From NCBI GenBank assembly GCA_021158265.1, contig JAGGUY010000037.1:1-38234 (forward strand): 38,234 nt of DNA. The letters run 5' to 3'. This stretch comes from Thermoprotei archaeon. Lineage in GTDB: Archaea; Thermoproteota; Thermoprotei_A; EX4484-217-1. The translations under genes and the position numbers were made by a program. The notes under the pieces are model-generated. The model saw only the letters and a program-made list of their open reading frames with translations, searched no databases and was not told where the DNA came from. Shown one piece after another: positions 1 to 8,527 of the stretch (position 1 is the stretch's first letter; each line of letters starts with the position of its first letter).

Positions 1-2
1 AC

Positions 3-98
3 TTTAAAGTTGAGGGTAAAGTAGATAATCCAGTAGATGTTGAGAGAGTTAGAAAGCTTATGGAGAAAGTTAGGAGGTTAAGAGAGAGTTCACTATGA
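3..98 (+). CDS. 3' end of a BtpA/SgcQ-family protein (partial, runs off window start)
   Basis: Frame from 3 reads FKVEGKVDNPVDVERVRKLMEKVRRLRESSL*, resembling the BtpA C-terminal FK.dG....VD.eRV motif; TGA overlaps the mobA ATG (ATGA). Confidence 0.65.
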   Translation, partial: FKVEGKVDNPVDVERVRKLMEKVRRLRESSL

Positions 99-748
99 AG
101 AGTTCGCTAATAATATTGTCTGGAGGATTAGGTAGGAGGGTAAATTTTCAATTTAAACCTTTCCTAAAAGTATGTGGCAAACCACTCATAAAATTGGTTC
201 TTGAAAGACTGTTTAGTGAAGAGTTATTTGAAGAGGTAATAGTTGTAGTTAAAAACGATAAACAGAAAGCCATGCTGGAAGAGGCTTTAAGACATTTTAA
301 AGTAAGAATTGTTGAAGATGAGAAGAGGTTTGAAGACGGTCCTTTAGTCGCTATTTATACCGGTGCGAAACATGCTAGAATGGAGTATGTGTTTATAGTA
401 GCTGTTGATTATCCATTAATGACTGCCGACGTTGCCAAGAAGATGTTGTTAAAGCTTAAAGAATGCGATGCCGTAATACCTGAATGGCCGAATGGTTTCA
501 TAGAACCTTTGGTTTCAGCATATAGGAGAGAAAAGCTTGTTAAAGCATCTTATAAAGCATTATTGTTGGGTATGCGTAAAGCAAGAGCACCGCTAGAGTT
601 TCTAGAGAGACCCTGTTTAGTTAGCGTATTTAGCCTGTCTAAGAATCCAGAAATTGTCTTTACAAACGTAAATACTTTAGAGGATCTGTTAAAAGCAGAA
701 AAACTGTGTAGTATCCTGTCAGACAGGGTTCTTAACATCATCCCTTGA
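95..748 (+). CDS. mobA: Molybdenum cofactor guanylyltransferase
   Basis: LSGGLGRR, KPFL, GPL.AI, VAVDYP, EPL.S.Y and FTNVNT.EDL motifs typical of MobA. Confidence 0.88.
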   Translation: MKSSLIILSGGLGRRVNFQFKPFLKVCGKPLIKLVLERLFSEELFEEVIVVVKNDKQKAMLEEALRHFKVRIVEDEKRFEDGPLVAIYTGAKHARMEYVFIVAVDYPLMTADVAKKMLLKLKECDAVIPEWPNGFIEPLVSAYRREKLVKASYKALLLGMRKARAPLEFLERPCLVSVFSLSKNPEIVFTNVNTLEDLLKAEKLCSILSDRVLNIIP

Positions 749-776
749 CGGTTCATATGTGGTAGAGCATCATCAT
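719..776 (-). ncRNA. Box C/D guide sRNA, antisense to the mobA 3' end
   Basis: Minus strand: ATGATGA (C) - TGCTCTACCACAT - ATGA (D') - ACCGTCAAGGG - ATGATGT (C') - TAAGAACCCTGT - CTGA (D); TATA-like TATAAATA about 30 nt upstream (807-814). Confidence 0.82.
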
Positions 777-916
777 GTTCTAGTAGATATTGTAACTTCC
801 GCTGAATATTTATACTACGCTTTTCTCTATATGCTCCGTAATTTGTTGGCTAAGTTTAAATTTCACCACTTATAACACCTTTATAGGGCTTTTACGGCGT
901 TAATGGTGATTAGACT

Positions 917-2113
917 ATGAAGCTGTATGTTGCTTCGGAGGAGGAAATTCTTTCAGGAAAAGCAACTGATGTTTACTTTGTACGAACAGAGAATATTTTG
1001 CGTAAAAAGGGGCTGGACAGTGTTAAGGTTAGAATGGAGTTTCACGTATATAGTTTACCTGAAGGTTACGAATGGGCTATATTTACAGGTTTAGAGGAAG
1101 TGCTAAAGGTTCTTGAAGGAAAACCTGTGGATGTTTGGGCATTACCTGAGGGTACATTGTTTAAACCCTTTGAACCATTAATGATTATTGAGGGTAATTA
1201 CGCAGATTTTGCTGTTTTCGAAACAACAATCCTAGGTATTTTAAGACACTACACAAGTATTTCAACAGCTACGGCGCGAGTTAAAAGACTTGCTAGAGAC
1301 AGAACAGTTCTATTCTTTGGTTTGAGAGTTCTTCATCCAGCAATACAGCCCATGGCGGACAGAGCGGCATATATTGGTGGTGCTGATGGTGTTTCCGGTG
1401 TTTTAAGCGAGAAATACATTAATGTAAAACCTAAGGGTACAATGCCTCACGCTCTTATCATAGTTTTTGGTAGTCAAACTGAAGCTTGGAAGGCATTTGA
1501 CGAAGTAGTTGAAAAGGAGGTTCCGAGAATAGCTCTTGTTGACACATTCTATGATGAACGAGAAGAAGCATTAATGGCAGCTAAGCTTCTAAAAGAGAAA
1601 CTCTATGCTGTAAGACTAGATACTCCAAGTAGTAGAAGAGGCGATATGCTAAAAATTGTTAAGGAAGTCAGATGGACACTTGACATTAACGGCTTCTCAC
1701 ATGTTAAAATATTTGTAAGCGGAGGAATAAATGAGAAATCGATAGTTAAACTTAGAGATTATGTTGATGGTTTTGGTGTTGGTACGTCTATAGCCTTTCC
1801 TAAATCAATAGATATTAGTGCGGACATAGTTGAAGTATTCATCAACGATAAATGGGTGCCTAGAGCTAAAAGAGGAAAATTACCCGGAGCTAAACAGCTT
1901 TACGTATGTCCAAACCACATTAATGAGAGAGTAGTAGGTCTCTTAAGCCGTAATGAAAAACATACATGTAAACTATGTTATTCGCAAATGAAACCCATGT
2001 TGGTAAAATATATTGAAAACGGTAAAATATTGCGTAAGCTGCCATCAGCTGACGAAATAAGAAACTATGTTTTAAATCAGATATTCAAATTACCGGAGCC
2101 AAGCATTAATTAA
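917..2113 (+). CDS. pncB: Nicotinate phosphoribosyltransferase
   Basis: TDVYF, FGLR..HP, GTMPHA, LVDTF, VRLDTP, SGGI and FGVGT motifs. Confidence 0.93.
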   Translation: MKLYVASEEEILSGKATDVYFVRTENILRKKGLDSVKVRMEFHVYSLPEGYEWAIFTGLEEVLKVLEGKPVDVWALPEGTLFKPFEPLMIIEGNYADFAVFETTILGILRHYTSISTATARVKRLARDRTVLFFGLRVLHPAIQPMADRAAYIGGADGVSGVLSEKYINVKPKGTMPHALIIVFGSQTEAWKAFDEVVEKEVPRIALVDTFYDEREEALMAAKLLKEKLYAVRLDTPSSRRGDMLKIVKEVRWTLDINGFSHVKIFVSGGINEKSIVKLRDYVDGFGVGTSIAFPKSIDISADIVEVFINDKWVPRAKRGKLPGAKQLYVCPNHINERVVGLLSRNEKHTCKLCYSQMKPMLVKYIENGKILRKLPSADEIRNYVLNQIFKLPEPSIN

Positions 2114-2751
2114 CTTTCCTCCTCGGTTGAGACAATACATAAGTACGTTTTTCTATAAAATGTCGGCTTAGAAATAACCTCTATACCCTTATAATCAATG
2201 TTGTATAGTCTAAGAGGATACTTTGTTGGGCTAATGCCGTTTTTTACGAGTTCTTCACGCATAATATTTATGAGTATTTGTACTGCATCCTTTAACTTCT
2301 TCGTTCTACTTGAAAGCTCATCTGCATGTTCATCGTAGTACTTGTAAATTTGCTTTAGAGAATACCAGTTAAGAAAGAACATGGAATATACTAGACCAAT
2401 GCCTATAAATAACGATGCTAGTGTTAATTCGCTTCTACCAAAAATTAATGCAATTACCGTTCCGATGATTATTATTACGATACCTGTGTTTGTTAATGTT
2501 CTAGTCCATCTAAGTAGCTTATAGTGTCTAAAGACCCTACCATCTTTCATAGGGTACCTTATTAGAGACTGAATGATCCTTTTAATGTACCTCCATTTTA
2601 TTGGTAAATCAATCGTTATATTGTAATATGCTTTTTCCATCATTGAAAGAGAAACTCCCCTACCTCTCCGAAAACCATCTAATGCTTCTATTAGTAAGAC
2701 TAAGTTCTTTAAATTATTCTTTACTTCAACTGTGACCTTCTTTTTATCCAT
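2110..2751 (-). CDS. Hypothetical membrane protein (two TM helices); true start may be ATG near 2642
   Basis: Two hydrophobic segments followed by a soluble C-terminal domain; directly downstream of the DtxR-family gene. Confidence 0.7.
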   Translation of the reverse strand: MDKKKVTVEVKNNLKNLVLLIEALDGFRRGRGVSLSMMEKAYYNITIDLPIKWRYIKRIIQSLIRYPMKDGRVFRHYKLLRWTRTLTNTGIVIIIIGTVIALIFGRSELTLASLFIGIGLVYSMFFLNWYSLKQIYKYYDEHADELSSRTKKLKDAVQILINIMREELVKNGISPTKYPLRLYNIDYKGIEVISKPTFYRKTYLCIVSTEEES

Positions 2752-2773
2752 TTAATTAGAACCCCGTTTTATT

Positions 2774-3223
2774 CTAACATTTTCTTGTCTCTATAAACAG
2801 TTTTAGCTTATTCTTAAGTTCTTCACTAAGACAGTTATCTATGAAGAGTGTTAGTAATGCTATTTTTTCTGCTGTTTCCTTAGAAAGATCATGCTCTATA
2901 TTGCATGCATCTGTACTGGCTTTATCCTCGGGAATACCTAGGATATCGTGTAGTAAATGTTTAAGCACAATCCATCTATCGTAAAGTTCCTTAGCTACTT
3001 TTTCACCCTCACGTGTTAAATCTACGAATCCATATCTTTCATAATATACTAGCCCTAGTTTTGAAAGTCTCTTCATAGCATCTGTTACGCTTGGCATTGT
3101 AACTTTAAGTTCAGCTGCGATATCTTTTACCCTAATTACCTTCTTTCCTTGCTCCACTTTTAGCCTATATATTGATTTAAGGTACTCCTGAAGTGTTCGC
3201 GTAAGATATTGTGCTTTATTCAT
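2774..3223 (-). CDS. DtxR/MntR-family metal-dependent transcriptional regulator
   Basis: EYLKSIY, DIAAELKVTMPSVTDAMKRL winged HTH and DACNIEHDLS metal-site motif; no FeoA domain. Confidence 0.93.
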   Translation of the reverse strand: MNKAQYLTRTLQEYLKSIYRLKVEQGKKVIRVKDIAAELKVTMPSVTDAMKRLSKLGLVYYERYGFVDLTREGEKVAKELYDRWIVLKHLLHDILGIPEDKASTDACNIEHDLSKETAEKIALLTLFIDNCLSEELKNKLKLFIETRKC

Positions 3224-3288
3224 TACATATGTTCCCCTTGACTTGTTACTTTAATATCTAGCAGATCACAGATATAAATTTAACATTT

Positions 3289-3302
3289 TTAGACTTGCTT
3301 AA
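3289..3302. promoter_or_regulatory. Possible DtxR/MntR operator upstream of the regulator
   Basis: TTAGACTTGCTTAA matches 10/14 of the DtxR core TTAGGTTAGCCTAA; lies just upstream of a minus-strand TTTATA box (3271-3280). Confidence 0.3.
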
Positions 3303-3307
3303 CAATA

Positions 3308-3598
3308 TTAAATGTTTCTATATTTTGGGGTTTCTCTAATTAAAATCTTGATTTCGGGATCTATTGTTTTTATGGCGCTTACTATTTCATATAGTTTTTC
3401 TTTTGATTTTTCTCCTGAAATTTCTTTATTATAGTTTATTACGCATGTGTTTTCTAAAGGGAAAATATATATTGAGCAGAGGATTTTTCCCTCACTCATT
3501 ATAAGGTACTCATAAGCATGTAGTCTTACGTAATATCCTCTTTCCCTTAACATTATGGCAAGTTCTTCTCTTTTCTCCCTTCTTTCAAAAATGTGCAA
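3308..3598 (-). CDS. Hypothetical protein
   Basis: 96-aa ORF 3 nt downstream of tsaC with a GGTGA ribosome site; normal composition. Confidence 0.7.
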   Translation of the reverse strand: MHIFERREKREELAIMLRERGYYVRLHAYEYLIMSEGKILCSIYIFPLENTCVINYNKEISGEKSKEKLYEIVSAIKTIDPEIKILIRETPKYRNI

Positions 3599-3601
3599 AC
3601 A

Positions 3602-4237
3602 TTATTCACCAATAACTTCTTCAATTTCCTCTATACTTACTGGACCTAACCTAATTATTTTGAAAGGCTTAACAGTTACGTCGACGATAGTTGAAGGTAT
3701 CTTCTTAGGTGATAGACCAGCATCAAGAATAAGTCCTACTTTGCTTTCTAACATTTTCTTTGCTTCACCAGCTGTCTTTGCCGCTTTAAACCCTGAGATA
3801 TTAGCGCTAGTACCTACTATTGCTCCACCTAGGGATTCAGCAAGTTTTAGAGCTACATTATGATTAGGCATACGTAAAGCTATTTTGTCTTGTCCTCCTA
3901 AAGCTAGGCTTGCAATTCCCATTTTTCTTCTAACCACTATTGTCAATGATCCTGGCCAGAATTTTCTAGCTAATTTTAGGGCTCTTTCGTCAAAAACACC
4001 TAGCTTTAATGCAGTATTAATATCAGATACTAGTATCGGAAGAGGCTTATTGAATTCTCTACCTTTAATCTCGTAAACCTTTAACACCGACATTTCATTA
4101 AATGGATTAGCACCTAAACCGTAAACAGTATCCGTTGGAAACACTATTACCTCTCCGAATTTGAGCATAGAAGAAGCTATTGTTAAGATGCTGTTCTCAG
4201 GTTTTTCAGGATCAATCCTTAATACTATTGTACCCAA
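3602..4237 (-). CDS. tsaC: L-threonylcarbamoyladenylate synthase (TsaC/YrdC type, no Sua5 C-terminal domain)
   Basis: FPTDTVYGL, KGR..NKPL, WPG.LT, TSANISG, PSTIVD and IRLG motifs; 211 aa. Confidence 0.93.
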   Translation of the reverse strand: MGTIVLRIDPEKPENSILTIASSMLKFGEVIVFPTDTVYGLGANPFNEMSVLKVYEIKGREFNKPLPILVSDINTALKLGVFDERALKLARKFWPGSLTIVVRRKMGIASLALGGQDKIALRMPNHNVALKLAESLGGAIVGTSANISGFKAAKTAGEAKKMLESKVGLILDAGLSPKKIPSTIVDVTVKPFKIIRLGPVSIEEIEEVIGE

Positions 4238-4280
4238 TGTTCATCACCACAAGATTATTCGCAAAAACCATATGGTTTAA

Positions 4281-4368
4281 TCGTAAGAACACATCATCGC
4301 CCATGCAAGGGCTCATCCCTTGTAAGCTTCATCAACCTCCAAATTTGCGGAGTCGAGCGCCGCGCGGC
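4281..4368 (-). ncRNA. Atypical (permuted or multi-K-turn) C/D-like RNA upstream of tsaC
   Basis: Two GA-stem-loop-NNN-GA K-turn hairpins (TCGA-CTCC..GGAG-GTTGATGA and ATGA-GCCC..GGGC-GATGATG) separated by a 12-nt spacer AGCTTACAAGGG; GC-rich island in AT-rich intergenic DNA. Confidence 0.55.
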
Positions 4369-4415
4369 ATAAACTTATATGTCTCCCGAGGCTTAAATGT
4401 TAAACGCATAAGAAT

Positions 4416-4465
4416 GTGATGAGTACTTCCCAGGCTGATGAAGTGATGACGGATCAACAGTCTGA
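4416..4465 (+). ncRNA. Box C/D guide sRNA (likely 16S rRNA target)
   Basis: GTGATGA (C) - GTACTTCCCAGG - CTGA (D') - TGAA - GTGATGA (C') - CGGATCAACAGT - CTGA (D); four perfect boxes and two 12-nt guides. Confidence 0.92.
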
Positions 4466-4478
4466 AATTTCTTATGGA

Positions 4479-5618
4479 ATGTTTAGCAAGAAATACTACA
4501 TAATGACTCCTGGTCCTACAGAAGTTCCGCGAGAAATTCTTGAAACTATAGTTTCAGATGAAGCATTGCTTCCAGATTACCAGGAAATATACGATATTGA
4601 TGTTAAGCTTGTTAAGAAACTCCTGAATAACGATGGAGAAGTAGTTATTATGGGCGGCGGGGCTACAGTGGGTTTAGAAGCACTAATATCGACATTTATT
4701 AGTGAGAATTCGAAAGTTTTAGTGCTTTCAGCGGGCTATTTTGGAGAGATATTAGCTAAGCTCATTGAAATGTATCATGGTAAAGTTTATGTTATAAGGG
4801 AGAGACAAGGTAGAATCCCGAGTATTGAAGCTATAGAGAGGTATCTTTCCAAAAATAATGTAGACTATGTGGTATTTGCGCATTGCGAAACATCTGCCGG
4901 AACAATTTTCAATATTGAAGAGATAGCTGAGGTGGTTAAGGAGAATTCTAACGCAAAAATTATCGTTGATGCTGTTTCAACAGCAGGGGCTATACCAATA
5001 AATGTTAATAGCAGTAAAAAGGGAGTAGATGCTGCAGTTTTTGGTGTTCAAAAAGCACTAAACATGCCACCAGGTTTAGCGGTAATAAGTTTAAGTAGAA
5101 ATATTGTTGAAGAAATGGAGAATTTAAAACCCAAAGGCTATTATTTAAACCTTAAGTTATGGCTGAATTTCTGGAAGACCGCAGGAAGACTGCCATCTAC
5201 ACCACCTATAAACCTACTTTACGGTCTAAGGAAGTCCTTAGAGAGAATATTTACTGAAGGAATAGAGAACGTTTATAGAAGGCACATGCTAGTCTCTAGA
5301 AAGCTGAGGAGAGCATTGAGGAAAATGGGCTTAAAGATAGTTGCTGAATCTGATGATATCGCTTCACCTACAGTCACTGTAGTTTACATGCCTAATAGTA
5401 TTAAAAGCGAGATTATTGTTAGAGAGTTATGGGAGAAATACGGTATTCTCGTAGCTAAAGCTTTAGGTGATATTTCAGATAAAGCGATTAGGATAGGTCA
5501 TATGGGAATTACAGCTACACTTGATAACATATTTGCTGTAATATATGCCTTATCAAAGGTTTTAATGAGCAAGGGAGTTAGCATAAATTTAGAAGAAGTT
5601 TTATCGTTACTCACTTGA
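4479..5618 (+). CDS. Class V PLP aminotransferase (alanine-glyoxylate/serine-pyruvate type)
   Basis: MTPGPT, GYFG, HCETSAG, VDAVS, QKALNMPPG (PLP lysine) and IRIGHMG motifs. Start moved from 4416 to ATG 4479 because the upstream 63 nt are the C/D sRNA. Confidence 0.9.
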   Translation: MFSKKYYIMTPGPTEVPREILETIVSDEALLPDYQEIYDIDVKLVKKLLNNDGEVVIMGGGATVGLEALISTFISENSKVLVLSAGYFGEILAKLIEMYHGKVYVIRERQGRIPSIEAIERYLSKNNVDYVVFAHCETSAGTIFNIEEIAEVVKENSNAKIIVDAVSTAGAIPINVNSSKKGVDAAVFGVQKALNMPPGLAVISLSRNIVEEMENLKPKGYYLNLKLWLNFWKTAGRLPSTPPINLLYGLRKSLERIFTEGIENVYRRHMLVSRKLRRALRKMGLKIVAESDDIASPTVTVVYMPNSIKSEIIVRELWEKYGILVAKALGDISDKAIRIGHMGITATLDNIFAVIYALSKVLMSKGVSINLEEVLSLLT

Positions 5619-6263
5619 TTTCTTTACATATTTAAGGGGGTTTTTCAGAAGGTTTAGTATGAAGCTTCTCCAGCCTTTACTAACTATTTCCTCAATTATC
5701 ATTTCCCAATTAACCTTCACTATCAAAAACATAAGTATTAGTGTAGCAACTATTGCTACAATAGAAGCTATTGTAGATGACTCACCAACCAAGAACCTTA
5801 TTGTTTCCCCAAATAACAGAGCCATATAGGTTATTATTGCTTTCCCTATTGCTGCTGCGACGAAGAATTTAAATGGACTATAACCCATCGCGCCGAGAGG
5901 AATGTAAAGAACATCGTCTGGAAGAGGTGTTGCGGCAAAAATCAGAACAGCTATGAAAACGCTTTTGCCTGCAAGCTTCATGAAGAGCTTCATACTCTTC
6001 TTATCTGTTTCCGGAAGTATTTTCCTTGTAGCTGATCCTATAAGTAAAACAATTACTTTACCTAAGGCGGCACCTATACCTCCTAGGATAGCTATCTCTA
6101 TCATGCCTAAAGTTTCGGTAACTGTTGTTCCATAGTGGACTATAAGTACTAAGTAGGGTATTGTGGAGTAGGGTATTACGTTGCCAAGGAAGGAGACTAA
6201 GAATATTCCGATAGGTCCATAGATATAGATTAGTCTTTCCATATTCTCTAAAAACACTAGCAA
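5607..6263 (-). CDS. VTT/SNARE-associated (DedA-like) membrane protein
   Basis: Hydrophobic; GGIGAALGK, FAATPLPDD, PLG.MGY.P.KFF and GK motifs. Confidence 0.85.
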   Translation of the reverse strand: MLVFLENMERLIYIYGPIGIFLVSFLGNVIPYSTIPYLVLIVHYGTTVTETLGMIEIAILGGIGAALGKVIVLLIGSATRKILPETDKKSMKLFMKLAGKSVFIAVLIFAATPLPDDVLYIPLGAMGYSPFKFFVAAAIGKAIITYMALLFGETIRFLVGESSTIASIVAIVATLILMFLIVKVNWEMIIEEIVSKGWRSFILNLLKNPLKYVKKSSE

Positions 6264-6358
6264 TTGCCCTCTAAGTGTTTTGGCTAAAACGTTTTGGCCA
6301 TGAAGTTTAGATTATGAGATGAGCTTATAAACATTTTGTCTATAAAAGGTAAAAATAG

Positions 6359-6419
6359 ATGATGATTTTTCGGGGAGTAAGACCGAAAGATGGAATGATG
6401 GATGCGGTTACCCGGCTGA
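6359..6419 (+). ncRNA. Box C/D guide sRNA candidate
   Basis: ATGATGA (C) - TTTTTCGGGGAGTAAGA - CCGA (D') - AAGATGGA - ATGATGG (C') - ATGCGGTTACCCGG - CTGA (D); TATA-like boxes at about 6325-6347. Confidence 0.72.
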
Positions 6420-6426
6420 ATAACTT

Positions 6427-7122
6427 CTAAATTGGCTTTTCACTTAAAAGCTTCTCTGCTTCTTCTACATCCTTATGTGTGTCTATACTCTTCCATAGTA
6501 CGTTATCAAAGGCTGCAGCCTTGAGTAAGCCTTCTTTAGCTAATTTTGGAAACGTCGTTTTCTCAATGTCTCCTCTCTCTGGTAGGTATTCAAATATTTT
6601 CGGTGTTAGGCAGTATACTCCGGCGTTTATCCAGTATTCCTGTAGTATTGGTTTCTCTATGAAGCTCAGTATTTTACCTGTTCCTTCATCAAATCTTATT
6701 ATTCCATAGGGTGATCTTAGAGGGACAACAGCTATTACTCCAACAGTTTTTTCATCTAAAGCTTCGCTAAGCTTTTTCAGATCAAGATTAGTTATTATGT
6801 CTCCATTTAAAACGTAAAAGTATTTTTCATTGCTTAGCAGATGCGCTGCGTTCTTTAGCCCGCCTGCTGTACCTAAGGGTTCGTCTTCAACTACATATCC
6901 TACTTTTATTCCGAATCTTTTTCCACTACCTATTTCCTCAATAATTCTCTCTTTAAGATAGCCTATCGCCAATATTACTTCACTAACCCCGTTTTTCTTA
7001 AGCCAGTCAAATTGCCAAGCTAAAATGGGTTTACCTTTAATTTCTATAAGTGGCTTAGGTTTTTCCTGAGTCAGTGGTCTTAATCTTTTCCCATAACCTC
7101 CGGCTAATATTAAAGCTTTCAT
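6427..7122 (-). CDS. Sugar-phosphate nucleotidyltransferase (NTP_transferase family)
   Basis: ILAGGYGKRLRPLT..KPKPL, EPLGTAG, LNGD, EKP and INAGVY motifs. Confidence 0.92.
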   Translation of the reverse strand: MKALILAGGYGKRLRPLTQEKPKPLIEIKGKPILAWQFDWLKKNGVSEVILAIGYLKERIIEEIGSGKRFGIKVGYVVEDEPLGTAGGLKNAAHLLSNEKYFYVLNGDIITNLDLKKLSEALDEKTVGVIAVVPLRSPYGIIRFDEGTGKILSFIEKPILQEYWINAGVYCLTPKIFEYLPERGDIEKTTFPKLAKEGLLKAAAFDNVLWKSIDTHKDVEEAEKLLSEKPI

Positions 7123-7250
7123 AAAATTTCACCTCAGTTTCCTCACTAGAGTACTGAGTAATATATTTACGGTTATAGACAAAAAACTAGTGGTAAAAAA
7201 TATTTCAGCTAATTTTACTTATGAAATGGAAATTTAGAATGAGGAACAGT

Positions 7251-8411
7251 TTACTGTTTTTTCTTTGCTGCTTCCTTTGCTTTCTTCTTAGCTAACCATT
7301 CCTGATACCATTTAGCTTCTTTCTGTTGCGCTTTAACTTCCTCCTCTAATCCATAGAATTTCTTTATGAATTTCCATGCTGACCTCTTCTTCCTCATGTC
7401 AAAGTTTATTATTTTGGTCCATCTATCTTCAGGTAATGGTTGCTGTTCGATGTATCCACGTTCTACAGCTGCTTTCCATAACTCCTTTCCTTTATCGTTC
7501 ATTATTAATACGGCATTCCATCCTTGCAGGCCCAATGCCCCCACGTTTATGTCAGCATAGTAGGATATGAATTCTGGGCAGTGCTTACATGCCGGTATTA
7601 GGTATTTTGCTGCATCCTTAAGTGAATACTCAACCACCTTTCCGTCTTTCAGGTAGAAGAAGAACTTTGCTTTAATATTCTGTTTTACTACATCTTCAGG
7701 CTTAAGTCCGGCTGAAGCCATCATTTCCAGCATTTTGCTCCATTGCCAGTTTTCGGAGCAGAAAATGCTTATAGTGTACTTGATCTTATCAACGAATTTT
7801 CTGAGCCCAACTTCTCTTGCCCTATGAATAGCTCTTATTTGGCATGGAAGACCTACTGTTAATACCTTCTGAAGCTCCGGATGTGTGAATGCTAATGTTT
7901 CTAGGAGATTATTTACTGGACTGTAAACATATTTGCTACCAGCAGCTTTAATTACGTCCTCAGGTGTTTTAGCAATTATAGGTACTGGTCTCCATTTTTC
8001 ATCTCTTGCCACCAGAAATGCTGCATCAATTAGTCCTTCTTCTAAAGCGGCGATTATGAGTGTTGATGTTACTCCTCCATCCTGCATTACTGGGTGTAGT
8101 TTTTCAATCTTTGTTCTTGCCAAATACTTCTCCATGGGATTAGGTAGCTCAACAAACATTTGTTTATCCATTGCTACATGAGGGCAGACCATGGAACAGA
8201 GGTTGCAGTATATGCAGAGATCCTCGTTTATTACTGGTGTGTCTGGTTCGTCAAACTTGTAGCTTAAAGCCTTAGTTGGACATACAGCAGTGCATGACCC
8301 ACAGTATGAGCATAAGTCATTATTTATTATTTCGAAAACGTTTACAGGAATTATTCTGCTAAATGGTCCCTTGTATGTTACAAACTTTATTTTAGGATGC
8401 TCTAGTGCCAT
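7251..8411 (-). CDS. F420-dependent oxidoreductase beta subunit (FrhB/FpoF-like) with N-terminal 2x[4Fe-4S] domain
   Basis: CSYCGSCTAVCP and CIYCNLCSMVCP; QDGGVTS, AAGSKY, GLPCQ, IFC, ACKHC and ADINVG motifs of FrhB/FdhB. Confidence 0.88.
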   Translation of the reverse strand: MALEHPKIKFVTYKGPFSRIIPVNVFEIINNDLCSYCGSCTAVCPTKALSYKFDEPDTPVINEDLCIYCNLCSMVCPHVAMDKQMFVELPNPMEKYLARTKIEKLHPVMQDGGVTSTLIIAALEEGLIDAAFLVARDEKWRPVPIIAKTPEDVIKAAGSKYVYSPVNNLLETLAFTHPELQKVLTVGLPCQIRAIHRAREVGLRKFVDKIKYTISIFCSENWQWSKMLEMMASAGLKPEDVVKQNIKAKFFFYLKDGKVVEYSLKDAAKYLIPACKHCPEFISYYADINVGALGLQGWNAVLIMNDKGKELWKAAVERGYIEQQPLPEDRWTKIINFDMRKKRSAWKFIKKFYGLEEEVKAQQKEAKWYQEWLAKKKAKEAAKKKQ

Positions 8412-8527
8412 AACATCAACATCCCCATATTAATGGTTAATACTCGTGAACTTTTAATGTGAAGGTATTAATAATGTTTTCCCATAGAGAAATCTAAAAA
8501 CACTAGATAGGAACAATAAAAAATACA

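Noticed and set aside
4180-4419. 79-aa plus-strand ORF
   Set aside because: Spans the tsaC start, the structured RNA and divergent promoters; atypical composition.
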